Shown in pieces: positions 41,872 through 51,269 of a stretch of DNA of 64,000 nt. Below the pieces are notes generated by a model. It was given only the letters and a program-made list of their open reading frames with translations. It had not been told where the DNA came from and did no database searches. Positions within the stretch are counted from its first letter, which is position 1. Each line of letters starts with the position of its first letter. Where the stretch lies: positions 352,001-416,000 of the forward strand of contig CBDCTH010000004.1 in the NCBI GenBank assembly GCA_965222155.1. The letters are read 5' to 3'. Made by a program: the position numbers and the translations under genes. Source of the stretch: Gammaproteobacteria bacterium (lineage in GTDB: Bacteria > Pseudomonadota > Gammaproteobacteria > Eutrophobiales > Eutrophobiaceae).

Positions 41872-43401
41872 ATGCGTGAATTACATGATTTCCCGGGCGG
41901 GTTGTTGCTGGAGCCGCACAAGGAGATTACCGATCAGAAAATGTCTATCCTGCACCCGCTGCCGGAGCGGATGTTCCTGCCCCTGCAACAGCATATTGGC
42001 CAACCGGCTGAGCCGGTCGTAAAAATCGGCGACAAGGTATTGAAAGGACAGATCATCGCCCGCGCCGACGGCTATATAAGCGTACCCGTCCATGCCAGCA
42101 CATCCGGGAAAATATCGGATATTGGCGATTATCACGTACCGCATCCGACCGTAAGCAAAGCGCCGTGCATCGTACTGGAACCCGATGGAAACGACGCCTG
42201 GTTCGATATCAGGCCGACTGAAGAATACGATCGAACCGAACCGGCGAAACTGCAGGAGTTAATCAAGGATTGCGGCATAGTCGGTCTGGGCGGCGCAGGC
42301 TTCCCGGCCCACGTAAAATTGATGGAGGGGGTGGAAAATGCGGTCGATACGCTAATCATAAACGGCGTTGAATGTGAACCGCATATCAGCTGCGACGATC
42401 GGCTGATCCAGGAAAAAGCCTCCTACGTCGTATCCGGTGCGCGCATGATCCGTCATGCGGTGCAGGCCAGGCATTGCGTGATCGCCGTCGAGGATGACAT
42501 GCACCTGGCATACGACGCCCTGGCCGGCCTGGTTGATGATGACCTGGAACTGGTCAAAGTGCCCACCCGTTTTCCTGCCGGCAGCGAGAATCAGCTTATA
42601 AAAACACTGACCGGCAAGGAGGTCCCCAGCGAGGGCCTGCCGATCCACATCGGCATAGTCATCCACAACGTCGCCACGGCCGCCGCGGTATATCGGGCCA
42701 TCACCCGCGGCGAACCCATCGTCTCGCGCTACGTCACGGTGACCGGAAAAGTGGATAACCCCGTAAACCTGCAAGTCCTGATCGGCACGCCGGTGGAGGA
42801 TTGCCTCGCTACCTGCGGTTATCGACACAGTGAGGATAACAAGGTGATCATCGGTGGCCCCATGACCGGCCTGCGCGTTACCAGCCCCAACATGCCGGTG
42901 ATTAAGACCACCAACTGCGTCTTCATCGAAGAAAATACCCCTGTCCAGCCGGAGATGCCCTGCATCCGCTGCGGCAAATGTGTGGATGTCTGCCCGGCCA
43001 GGCTGCTGCCCCAGCAATTGTACTGGTTCGCCAAAACCGCGGATCTCGACCAGGCCCGGGAATATCGCCTGTTCGATTGTATAGAATGCGGCTGCTGCGC
43101 TTACGTCTGCCCCAGCCGTATCCCGCTGGTGCATTACTACCGCCATGCAAAAACGCAGATTGACGTTGAAGAAAACCATGACCGGGACGCCGACCTGGCG
43201 AGACAGCGCTTTATCCGGAAAAATGAACGTTTGATAAACGAGGCAGCCGAGCGGAAAGCAGCCAAAACAGACCCCGGCGCAGAGCAGGGACAAGACACCA
43301 AAGCTGCAAAAAAAGCCTATGTGCAGGACGCCCTCGCCAGGGTCCGGGCAAAACGCCAAAATCGGTTGAAACCGGAACAAAATACAGACGACTCCGGATG
43401 A
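41872..43401 (+). CDS. rnfC: Rnf/Rsx complex subunit C
   Basis: QQHIG, GLGGAGFP, NGVECEP, GGPMTG, CIRCGKC, CIECGCC. Confidence 0.95.
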   Translation: MRELHDFPGGLLLEPHKEITDQKMSILHPLPERMFLPLQQHIGQPAEPVVKIGDKVLKGQIIARADGYISVPVHASTSGKISDIGDYHVPHPTVSKAPCIVLEPDGNDAWFDIRPTEEYDRTEPAKLQELIKDCGIVGLGGAGFPAHVKLMEGVENAVDTLIINGVECEPHISCDDRLIQEKASYVVSGARMIRHAVQARHCVIAVEDDMHLAYDALAGLVDDDLELVKVPTRFPAGSENQLIKTLTGKEVPSEGLPIHIGIVIHNVATAAAVYRAITRGEPIVSRYVTVTGKVDNPVNLQVLIGTPVEDCLATCGYRHSEDNKVIIGGPMTGLRVTSPNMPVIKTTNCVFIEENTPVQPEMPCIRCGKCVDVCPARLLPQQLYWFAKTADLDQAREYRLFDCIECGCCAYVCPSRIPLVHYYRHAKTQIDVEENHDRDADLARQRFIRKNERLINEAAERKAAKTDPGAEQGQDTKAAKKAYVQDALARVRAKRQNRLKPEQNTDDSG

Positions 43402-44402
43402 TAAACAAAACCAGCAGCTCGCCACACTGGCACGATGGTCAGACCCTGGGGAGGGTGATGACGGACGTGTGCATCGCACTCGTCCCCGGATTGCTTTGTT
43501 ACATTTGGTTGTTCGGCTCCGGCGTGTTGCTGCAATGTATCCTGGCCGTGCTGTTCGCCCTCACGTTCGAATTTACCGTCCTCAAATTGCGTCGCCGCGA
43601 CCCCTGGGTTTCGCTGCGCGACGGCAGCGCGGTCGTCACCGCGTTGCTGTTTGCGGTCAGCATATCTCCGTTAGCGGCCTGGTGGGTCTGCCTGTGTGGG
43701 ATCGCCTTTGCCATCATCATCGCCAAACATGCCTTCGGAGGTATCGGCTACAATATATTCAACCCGGCTATGGCAGGTTTTGTATTCGTCCTGGTCTGCT
43801 TCCCGGTGCAGATGAATACCTGGCCGGCCCTGTCGGCGCACGCTATCGGCGCATACCTGGGCAGCATCTTCCCCGGCGCAGGCTCGGGGCCGGATATGCT
43901 GAGCGGCGCAACGCCCCTGGATGAACTGAAGACCCGGCTGGAAATGATGGAGATGGTGTCGGAGATGAAGACTGCCCAGTTGTTCGGCTATCTTGGCGGG
44001 GCCGGCTGGGAATGGATCAATATCATGTTCATGCTGGGCGGCATCTATTTGTTGTATCGCGGCGTCATCAAGTGGCAAATCCCTGCCGCACTACTGGCAA
44101 GCGTTTTCATCGTCAGCACAGTCCTTTACTTATACGATGCGGAAACCTACGCCTCTCCGCTGTTCCATCTCTTCAGCGGCGGCACGATGTTGTGTGCATT
44201 CTTTATCGCCACGGATCCCGTCACCGCGTCCACGACCAACCGCGGACGCCTGATCTACGGCGCCTTAATCGGAATACTCATCTGCCTGATGCGCCAATGG
44301 GGGGCATTCCCCGACGGGGTGGCTTTCGCGGTACTCCTGGCCAATATCTTCGTCCCGCTGATCGACCTGCTGACCCGCCCAAAGGCATTCGGAGAAACAT
44401 AA
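43398..44402 (+). CDS. rnfD: Rnf/Rsx complex subunit D
   Basis: SSPH, FGGIGYNIFNPAM, SGATPL flavinylation site, ATDPVT. Confidence 0.95.
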   Translation: MINKTSSSPHWHDGQTLGRVMTDVCIALVPGLLCYIWLFGSGVLLQCILAVLFALTFEFTVLKLRRRDPWVSLRDGSAVVTALLFAVSISPLAAWWVCLCGIAFAIIIAKHAFGGIGYNIFNPAMAGFVFVLVCFPVQMNTWPALSAHAIGAYLGSIFPGAGSGPDMLSGATPLDELKTRLEMMEMVSEMKTAQLFGYLGGAGWEWINIMFMLGGIYLLYRGVIKWQIPAALLASVFIVSTVLYLYDAETYASPLFHLFSGGTMLCAFFIATDPVTASTTNRGRLIYGALIGILICLMRQWGAFPDGVAFAVLLANIFVPLIDLLTRPKAFGET

Positions 44403-45019
44403 TGGCCACAAAGGGAAACCCGCTGGTAAATTCTCTGCCGCTGTTATTCATCTGTTTCACGGCAGTGCTGGGTATCTATGCCCTGAGGCAATTTCTTGAG
44501 GATAACATCACCCGCAACCGGCACCTGCCCATCCTTGAGATCAGCGCCGGGATATTGCCCCTTGAGCGCGACAACGACTTGCCCGCAGACAGGTTAAGCG
44601 TCACCATGCCCACGTATTTCGGCACCGAGACCGCGACCTACGTCTATCGCGCGCGATACGGGGAAACCCCGGTGGGGCTTATCTTCAGTCCGCTCCAGGC
44701 CAGGGGCTATAACGGCATCATGGAACTGGCCGTAGGCATTCAATACGATGGAACCCTGGCCGGCGTCAGGATCCTGCAACACCGGGAAACCCCGGGCCTG
44801 GGCGACCAGGTCCACCAGGACAATTCACCCTGGATACTCGGTTTCAACGGCCACTCCCTCGACAACACCCCACAGGAAAACTGGGCAGTGAAAACAGACG
44901 GCGGCATCTTCGACCATATCAGCGGCGCCACCTCCAGCCAACGCGCCGTCATCCGCGCCGTGGAACACACCCTGAACTACTACAACGCCAATCGAAAAAC
45001 CCTCTTTAACCAGGAGTAA
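44402..45019 (+). CDS. rnfG: Rnf/Rsx complex subunit G
   Basis: GYNG, ETPGLG, SGAT flavinylation motif. Confidence 0.92.
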   Translation: MATKGNPLVNSLPLLFICFTAVLGIYALRQFLEDNITRNRHLPILEISAGILPLERDNDLPADRLSVTMPTYFGTETATYVYRARYGETPVGLIFSPLQARGYNGIMELAVGIQYDGTLAGVRILQHRETPGLGDQVHQDNSPWILGFNGHSLDNTPQENWAVKTDGGIFDHISGATSSQRAVIRAVEHTLNYYNANRKTLFNQE

Positions 45020-45151
45020 AATTTGGGACACCCATAAATTTCGTGGTAAAAATTGGGGGAAATTTGGGACACCCATAAAATTTAGGAGTAAAAATCAGGG
45101 GGAAAATTTGGGACACCCATAAAATTTAGGGGTAAAAGTCAGGACACCCGT
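45020..45151. repeat. Four family-1 left arms (GGACACCCRT) abutting the transposase element
   Basis: Arms at 45026, 45067, 45111 and 45142. Confidence 0.9.
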
Positions 45152-46409
45152 AGTATTAAATCGAATGAACCACGCTTTCTATACATTGCGCGGGGATCTC
45201 TTCAGCGACATCAACTCCACGGTAGCTGTATTGCCGGCTGCGCCGGCCTTCAGTAGAGATAAACACAGTAGATGTTGTGCGCTGGTAAACCCCAGCCGGG
45301 CGGCGCGTGGGGTGTGGGGTCAGGCTTGACAGGGTTCAGGTTTAGTTCAGCGAGTAGCTGGCCTGCCAGAGCCAATGCTGGCCGATAGCCTGGCAGTATT
45401 TCTTTATGTGCGTGGCAGACCCCAGTGCCTTCTGATGGGAGAGTACAGGAGGCTTCATAGCTGTTTGCCAATGGGCCGGTGTTATGCTGAGTTGGTCAAT
45501 CAGAGGTGGAGCGTCTTCCGGTATGGCTCCTTGCTTATCCTCCCTGATGATTCGACCCGACCAATCCAGAAGCTGCAGATAGTCATCAAAGTAAAATGGA
45601 AGGTGGTAATAATGGTTCGTCACCGTCTCCGGTTTATCTGATTTGAATGGTAGCAGGTCAGAGCTATTCCCAGCCAGTCGGCGTTTGATGGAGGTGTACT
45701 CCGACCGCATTGGGTTGTGGCTGAGACCGGCTCGGACAGGGTTTAATTCCACATAGGCCAAACATTGCAGTAAAGCGGTTTCATCCAGTAATGCTTGCGA
45801 CAGGAAGCGTCCTTCCCAAAAGCGTCCTTTACAGCCATCCTCCACATTGGCCTTACGGGCGATACGTTCGTTCAAATACCCCATGAAGCGGCTGATGCTG
45901 ATCAGGATTTTGCGCATTCGGGCAATCTCCGTATCGACGATTTCCTTTTCCGCATCTGTTAACACATTCCCTGCTTTGAACCGTACCATAAGTGGACTGA
46001 GGCGATATAACTGCTGCCAGCGGGTAAGTATCGTCTCAGCAGAGAGGGATGCAGCCAGCTCCAGGTTGACTTTGACAATCACATGATAATGATTGGACAT
46101 GATGGCATAACCCACCACATCAACACAAAATGCCCGGGATTGCGCTAAAAGCTGTTGTTCCACCCATTCTCTACGGTGTTGGTAGCTTTTCCCGGACAAG
46201 GCGTCGAAGCCACATAGGAAAGCACGGCGAACACAACGGGAAATACAGTGGTAATAACAAGTTTCTGCAAGACAGATTTGCTGGCGCCGAGCAATGGTCA
46301 TGGTCAACTCCTGTAGTAATTGGGTATCCTGTAACGATTATTGTAATAACGTTTGGCTCAATGTCAATAGTCTGTCCGATGTCTAGAACCGGTTAATTTA
46401 TGGGTGTCC
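45142..46409 (-). mobile_element. Putative autonomous RAYT-like element bounded by inverted GGACACCCRT/ATGGGTGTCC ends
   Basis: Left end 45142-45151 and right end 46400-46409 enclose the Y1 transposase gene. Confidence 0.7.
45342..46307 (-). CDS. REP-associated-like tyrosine (HUH/Y1, IS200-related) transposase
   Basis: YHCISRCVRRAFL, HUH motif MSNHYH, FWEGRF, catalytic YVELNPVRAG. Confidence 0.88.
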   Translation of the reverse strand: MTMTIARRQQICLAETCYYHCISRCVRRAFLCGFDALSGKSYQHRREWVEQQLLAQSRAFCVDVVGYAIMSNHYHVIVKVNLELAASLSAETILTRWQQLYRLSPLMVRFKAGNVLTDAEKEIVDTEIARMRKILISISRFMGYLNERIARKANVEDGCKGRFWEGRFLSQALLDETALLQCLAYVELNPVRAGLSHNPMRSEYTSIKRRLAGNSSDLLPFKSDKPETVTNHYYHLPFYFDDYLQLLDWSGRIIREDKQGAIPEDAPPLIDQLSITPAHWQTAMKPPVLSHQKALGSATHIKKYCQAIGQHWLWQASYSLN

Positions 46410-46424
46410 TGGATTTTTCAGGGC

Positions 46425-46590
46425 AGGTAATTTGGGACACCCATAAATTTCGTGGGGAGGTAATTTGGGACACCCATAAATTTCGTGGGGAGTATTGGGA
46501 CATACATAAAATCAGTTTATGGGTGTCCCAAATTTGCTCCCAAATTTGTCTCTGGAATTTATGGGTGTCCTGAATTTATGTCCTGAATTT
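46425..46590. repeat. Family-1 element: duplicated 32-bp left arm plus right arms
   Basis: AGGTAATTTGGGACACCCATAAATTTCGTGGGG x2; ATGGGTGTCC at ~46519 and 46561. Confidence 0.9.
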
Positions 46591-46606
46591 ATGATAGAGT
46601 ACGGCG

Positions 46607-47989
46607 ATGCGACATTTCCCGGTTTTTCTGGACCTGAATGGGCGCCGTTGTCTTGTGGTCGGCGCTGGTGAGGTGGCCGCGAGGAAAGCCCAGCAATTGC
46701 TCAGGTCGAACGCTGATCTGTTGATCGTCGCGCCCCGGGCGGGGGAGGGGATACTGGCCCTGAAGCAGCAGGGCAGGGTGAGGTATGAGGCAAGGGAATT
46801 CCTGCCGGAAGACGTTAGCGGCTGCGCGCTGGTGATAGCAGCAACGCCTGACAAGCAGGTGAACAGTCAAGTCGCCAGCGCGGCCAAGACCGGCAACGTG
46901 CCGGTCAACGTGGTCGATAACCCCGCCCTGTGCAGCTTCATCATGCCTTCGGTGGTTGACCGGGACCCGGTGCAAATCGCGGTGTCCACGGGCGGGGCCT
47001 CACCGGTCCTGGCCCGGCTGTTACGGGTAAAACTGGAAACGCTGATACCGGCAACCTACGGCCGGCTGGCGACTGTGGTGCGGGAGTTCCGCGGCCGGGT
47101 AAAACAGCGCTTCCCGGAATTCAGACAACGGCGCCGGTTCTGGGAACATATCCTGCAGGGGCCGGTGGTCGAGATGCTGTTTGCCGGACGGGAAGCCGCT
47201 GCCATCGAGGCACTGGAGAACGAACTGGACAAAGCCACGCCGACGGATCACCAGACCGGTGAAGTCTACCTGGTCGGCGGCGGTCCGGGCGATCCTGACC
47301 TGTTGACGTTCCGCGCCCTGCGCCTGATGCAACAGGCCGACGTCGTGCTGTACGACAGGCTGGTTGCCCCGGCCATAGTGGAACTGGTCAGGAAAGAGGC
47401 CCGGCGGATCTACGTAGGCAAACAGAGTGACAGCCATACGGTGCCACAGTCCGAGCTTAACGCCATGCTGGTCAAGCTGGCGCAACAGGGCAAACGCGTA
47501 TTGCGCCTGAAAGGGGGCGACCCGTTCATATTCGGCCGCGGCGGTGAGGAAATTGAGGAACTTGCCGCCGCCGCCGTCCCGTTTCAGGTCGTACCGGGCA
47601 TCACCGCCGCCGCCGGTTGCGCCTCCTACGCCGGCATCCCGTTGACCCACCGCGATTACGCCCAATCCTGCCTGTTCGTAACCGGCCACCTGAAGGATGG
47701 CAAGCTGAACTTTAACTGGCCGGCCCTGATCCAGCCGAAACAGACCGTGGCCATCTACATGGGAGTCAAGGGAATCGACGTGCTACAAAAGAATCTCCTG
47801 GAACACGGCATGGACGCGGATATGCCCGCCGCCATCATTCAGCAAGGCACCACGCCGGAGCAGAAAGTCTATGTGGGAAAGGTATCCACCCTGACAAAAA
47901 CCGTCGCCGCCAATGAGATCAAACCCCCGTCAATGATCGTCATCGGCGAGGTGGTAAAGCTACACGAGAAGCTGACCTGGTACCGGTAA
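46607..47989 (+). CDS. cysG: Siroheme synthase
   Basis: VGAGEVA, NVVDNP, GGGPGDPDLLT, RLKGGDPFIFGRGGEE. Confidence 0.96.
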   Translation: MRHFPVFLDLNGRRCLVVGAGEVAARKAQQLLRSNADLLIVAPRAGEGILALKQQGRVRYEAREFLPEDVSGCALVIAATPDKQVNSQVASAAKTGNVPVNVVDNPALCSFIMPSVVDRDPVQIAVSTGGASPVLARLLRVKLETLIPATYGRLATVVREFRGRVKQRFPEFRQRRRFWEHILQGPVVEMLFAGREAAAIEALENELDKATPTDHQTGEVYLVGGGPGDPDLLTFRALRLMQQADVVLYDRLVAPAIVELVRKEARRIYVGKQSDSHTVPQSELNAMLVKLAQQGKRVLRLKGGDPFIFGRGGEEIEELAAAAVPFQVVPGITAAAGCASYAGIPLTHRDYAQSCLFVTGHLKDGKLNFNWPALIQPKQTVAIYMGVKGIDVLQKNLLEHGMDADMPAAIIQQGTTPEQKVYVGKVSTLTKTVAANEIKPPSMIVIGEVVKLHEKLTWYR

Positions 47990-48036
47990 ATCGGTCTTTC
48001 CCTGACTACGTCGCCATGACGGCGCCTCCTCCCCGT

Positions 48037-48205
48037 CGTCATTCCGATGCATGCCGGAATCCAGTGTAATAATGAGTCGCCTCCGGCGACACAGTATAAG
48101 ACTGGATACCGGGTCAAGCCCGGCATGACGGACGGGGGACAAGCCCGGTATGGTGACGGGGGCCGGAATGACGCTGGGGAGCATGCGCCGGAGTGACGGC
48201 AGGGG
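48037..48205. repeat. Composite REPIN (family 2) with G-rich expanded right arms
   Basis: GTCATTCCGATGCATGCCGGAATCCAG ... CTGGATACCGGGTCAAGCCCGGCATGAC, then degenerate copies. Confidence 0.75.
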
Positions 48206-48218
48206 CCGCGACTCCGTT

Positions 48219-48626
48219 CTAGCTTTCCTTATCCAAATTGAGGGCTACGGAGTTGATACAGTAACGCAACCCGGTGGGTTCCGGACCGTCGGGGAAGACG
48301 TGGCCGAGGTGGGCGTCACAGGCGCTGCATAGTACTTCCGTACGCGACCTGCCGAACAGGCTGGGGTCGTCCCTGGTCTTGACCGCGTCCGCATCTTCCG
48401 GCTTGAAAAAACTGGGCCAGCCCGTGCCGGAGTCAAACTTGGCGTCGGAACTGAACAGCGCCTGGCCGCAGCAGACACAGTTGTATGCGCCCGCGTCCTT
48501 GCAGTCATTATACTCGCCGGTAAACGGGCGCTCCGTCCCCTTGCGACGGCATACCTCAAATTGTTCCGGCGACAGCTCCTGTTGCCATTCCTGCTCAGAC
48601 TTGACGACTTTATCGCTCTCAGACAT
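48219..48626 (-). CDS. msrB: Peptide-methionine (R)-S-oxide reductase
   Basis: [30 protein letters not shown]; AAGGAGG RBS. Confidence 0.96.
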   Translation of the reverse strand: MSESDKVVKSEQEWQQELSPEQFEVCRRKGTERPFTGEYNDCKDAGAYNCVCCGQALFSSDAKFDSGTGWPSFFKPEDADAVKTRDDPSLFGRSRTEVLCSACDAHLGHVFPDGPEPTGLRYCINSVALNLDKES

Positions 48627-48720
48627 GTTCAACCTCCTTCACGAAAGGCTAAAAAGTTTACACCTTAATAATATAATAAAGAATAGTTATCCACCGCGCC
48701 AGAATGGCAAGCACCCCCAT

Positions 48721-48780
48721 CGCCATGCCGGGCTTGACCCGGTATCCATTCTAATAACGTGTCGCCGGAGGCGACTCATT
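48721..48780. repeat. Half REPIN (family 2), inverted relative to 48071-48128
   Basis: Reverse complement matches AATGAGTCGCCTCCGGCGACAC...GGATACCGGGTCAAGCCCGGCATG. Confidence 0.75.
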
Positions 48781-48781
48781 C

Positions 48782-50215
48782 TTACAATACAGGTGAATAA
48801 GCCGCACTATTCACAGGCGGTTGCACGGCTGTTTCCGGCGTTGTCTCCTCGTAGGTCAGGTGCATCAGCATGGCGTAGTACCTGCGGATGTTTTCCACGA
48901 ATTTGACCGGTTCTCTCCCCCTGGCGTGGCCGTGTTTTGTCTGCGAGTACCATTTGGATTGGTTCAACAGCGGCAGGGACTTTTTAACGGCGGCCCAGGA
49001 ATCAGGGTCGCCGCCGTTTTTCTGGGTTAGCACCCTGGCGTCTTCGAGATGGCCGTAGCCGACGTTATAGGAGGCAAGTGCAAACCAGGTGCGGTCCGGC
49101 TCGGCAATCCGGTCCGGCATCTTGTCTGCCAGGGTGGTCAGGTACTTGGCGCCGCCATGGATGCTCAGCACCGGGTCAAGGCGGTCGCTGATACCGATCT
49201 GCCGCGCCGTTTGTTTCGTCAGCATCATCAGCCCGCGTACGCCGGTGGGCGAGCGCGCCGAATTTTTCCAATGGGATTCCTGGTAGCTGATCGCGGCAAG
49301 CAGGCGCCAGTCAAAACCGAACTCGTTCCCGGCATTCATGAAATAAGGTTTCAACTCCGGCAGCAAGTCGTTGTAGCGGTCGATGAAACTGCGCGCCTCC
49401 ACATAATTTAATGAGTCCGCAAACGCATAAACCTGCTCGAGCAGGTCAGCCAGTTGACCCTTGCTCCTGATGTCATCCTGGAACTGCCTGATTGCCCTGA
49501 TGAGAGAATCATCATTCGGGGACTTACTGACAGCCCAGCCCAGGGGCTCAGGCGCGCTCAGGTCAAAGGCAACCCGAAGCTCCGGCAGGGAGATGCGCGC
49601 GTGGGCCACTTCGTTGGACCAGGCCACGGTGTAGAGGATTTCCCCGTTCTCTATCATCTCCAGCAGGTCGAGGTTGTCCTTGTCGTCGTACAGGACCAGG
49701 ATAAGGTCCGGGTGATGGGTTCGCAGCAGGTCAAGCTCCTCCGGGGTAAGGGCATTACGGCCCAGGTGAAGCCGGTGGGGCGCAATCTCAGCCAGCGAGG
49801 ATGGACGTATATAGCCGTAACGGTACACCACCTGCCGGGTCACCCATTGAAAACCGGGGCCGTACGCCAGGGGATCGTCCGGTTCGAAGGTCCTTGTCAA
49901 TCCGGCTGAGGCAACGTCCGCCTGTCCGGAGGCGAGCAGGTCGGTGATTTCCTCCCTGCCGTCAGCCTGGCTGAATTCGAAATCGACGCCCAGCCAGGCG
50001 GCGAACAGTTTGACCAGTTCGAATTCCAGACCGCGTCCGCCTTCCTCATCGTGCAGTTGATAGGTCGTCGGTCCAGCTACGGTGACGACGTTGACCACGC
50101 CCCGCTCCTGGATCTGCTCCAGCCGTGTTTTTTTCTCGGCACACCCCAGCATCAGCAGGTAGGCGGGCAGCACAAGCCCGATTAAAACCGGAACAAATTT
50201 CGCTGTCCTACCCAC
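48782..50215 (-). CDS. mltF: Membrane-bound lytic murein transglycosylase F
   Basis: SBP-like N-domain; YQESHW, SPTGVRGLMML, YNVGYGH. Confidence 0.93.
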   Translation of the reverse strand: MGRTAKFVPVLIGLVLPAYLLMLGCAEKKTRLEQIQERGVVNVVTVAGPTTYQLHDEEGGRGLEFELVKLFAAWLGVDFEFSQADGREEITDLLASGQADVASAGLTRTFEPDDPLAYGPGFQWVTRQVVYRYGYIRPSSLAEIAPHRLHLGRNALTPEELDLLRTHHPDLILVLYDDKDNLDLLEMIENGEILYTVAWSNEVAHARISLPELRVAFDLSAPEPLGWAVSKSPNDDSLIRAIRQFQDDIRSKGQLADLLEQVYAFADSLNYVEARSFIDRYNDLLPELKPYFMNAGNEFGFDWRLLAAISYQESHWKNSARSPTGVRGLMMLTKQTARQIGISDRLDPVLSIHGGAKYLTTLADKMPDRIAEPDRTWFALASYNVGYGHLEDARVLTQKNGGDPDSWAAVKKSLPLLNQSKWYSQTKHGHARGREPVKFVENIRRYYAMLMHLTYEETTPETAVQPPVNSAAYSPVL

Positions 50216-51209
50216 TTTGCGCTAGAACCAGGGAGAAATAGTGGTTATCCGGCTCAAAATGACGGATGACGTTAAGTCCAAAGTCCTCCAGTAAGGTTTC
50301 CAGTTCATCGAAGCAGAACTTGTAGCTCAATTCAGTCAGTATCTTCTCGCCGCTTTCCAGCCGGATGCTCTCGTTGAGCTTGCCCAGCGTGATTTCCTGG
50401 CGCAGCCCGGATACGAGATACATCTCGATTCTGTTCAACTCATTATTATAGACAGCCAAATGAGCAAAATTATCCGCGCGGAAGTTCGCGTCCAGTTCGC
50501 GGTTCAACACCTGCAATACGTTCAGGTTGAACTGGGCGGTAATACCCTGGGCATCGTTATAGGCGGCATTCAGCACCGCAGTGTCTTTAATCCGGTCTGC
50601 CCCCAGCAGCAGAAAATCGCCCGGCTCCATGCGCCGCCGGATGTCACCGATGAAAGCGCGCACCTCCGGGGGGGTGAAATTACCGATGGTGCCGCCCAGG
50701 AACAGGTACATCCCGGCGCCCCGGTAATGCGGCAAATTCTTCAGGCCGGCATGATAGTCCCCCAGCAGCGGCCTGACGTCGAGCCACTTATAATCATGCT
50801 GCAGTTTGCCGGCTGCCTCCAGCAATACGGGTTCACAGATGTCAAACGGCGCATACACGCAGGTATGGCCCTGTTTTTCACAGGCATCAAACAGGTTAGT
50901 CGTTTTTTTCGAGCTGCCGCTGCCCAGCTCGATAAAGTAATCGGGACGAGCCAGCGCGATGATATCGTCACCGTACTGCCGTAACAGCGTATCCTCGGTA
51001 CGGGTCGGGTAATACTCGGGCGTTTCACATATCCGGCCGAACAACTCCGCCCCACGCGCATCATAAAAATACTTGGGAAGCAGGGAACGAGGCCGCTCAA
51101 TCAGACCCGCACGAGCATCCTCCTCCAAGCCAGCAACATGCTTGGCCGGCGTGATCGTAATGCACTGAACAGCACCCGAATATCGATTAAGCTCGGTAAT
51201 GGTATCCAC
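50208..51209 (-). CDS. egtD: L-histidine N-alpha-methyltransferase EgtD
   Basis: PKYFYD, PEYYPTRTE, ELGSG, AYNDAQGITAQFN, TELSYKF; start uncertain (GTG 51209). Confidence 0.9.
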   Translation of the reverse strand: MDTITELNRYSGAVQCITITPAKHVAGLEEDARAGLIERPRSLLPKYFYDARGAELFGRICETPEYYPTRTEDTLLRQYGDDIIALARPDYFIELGSGSSKKTTNLFDACEKQGHTCVYAPFDICEPVLLEAAGKLQHDYKWLDVRPLLGDYHAGLKNLPHYRGAGMYLFLGGTIGNFTPPEVRAFIGDIRRRMEPGDFLLLGADRIKDTAVLNAAYNDAQGITAQFNLNVLQVLNRELDANFRADNFAHLAVYNNELNRIEMYLVSGLRQEITLGKLNESIRLESGEKILTELSYKFCFDELETLLEDFGLNVIRHFEPDNHYFSLVLAQSG

Positions 51210-51269
51210 TATGTCAAGAATATCCCGAAACAGGTTCGCTACCCGTAATTGTACCCGAGTTGCAGAATA

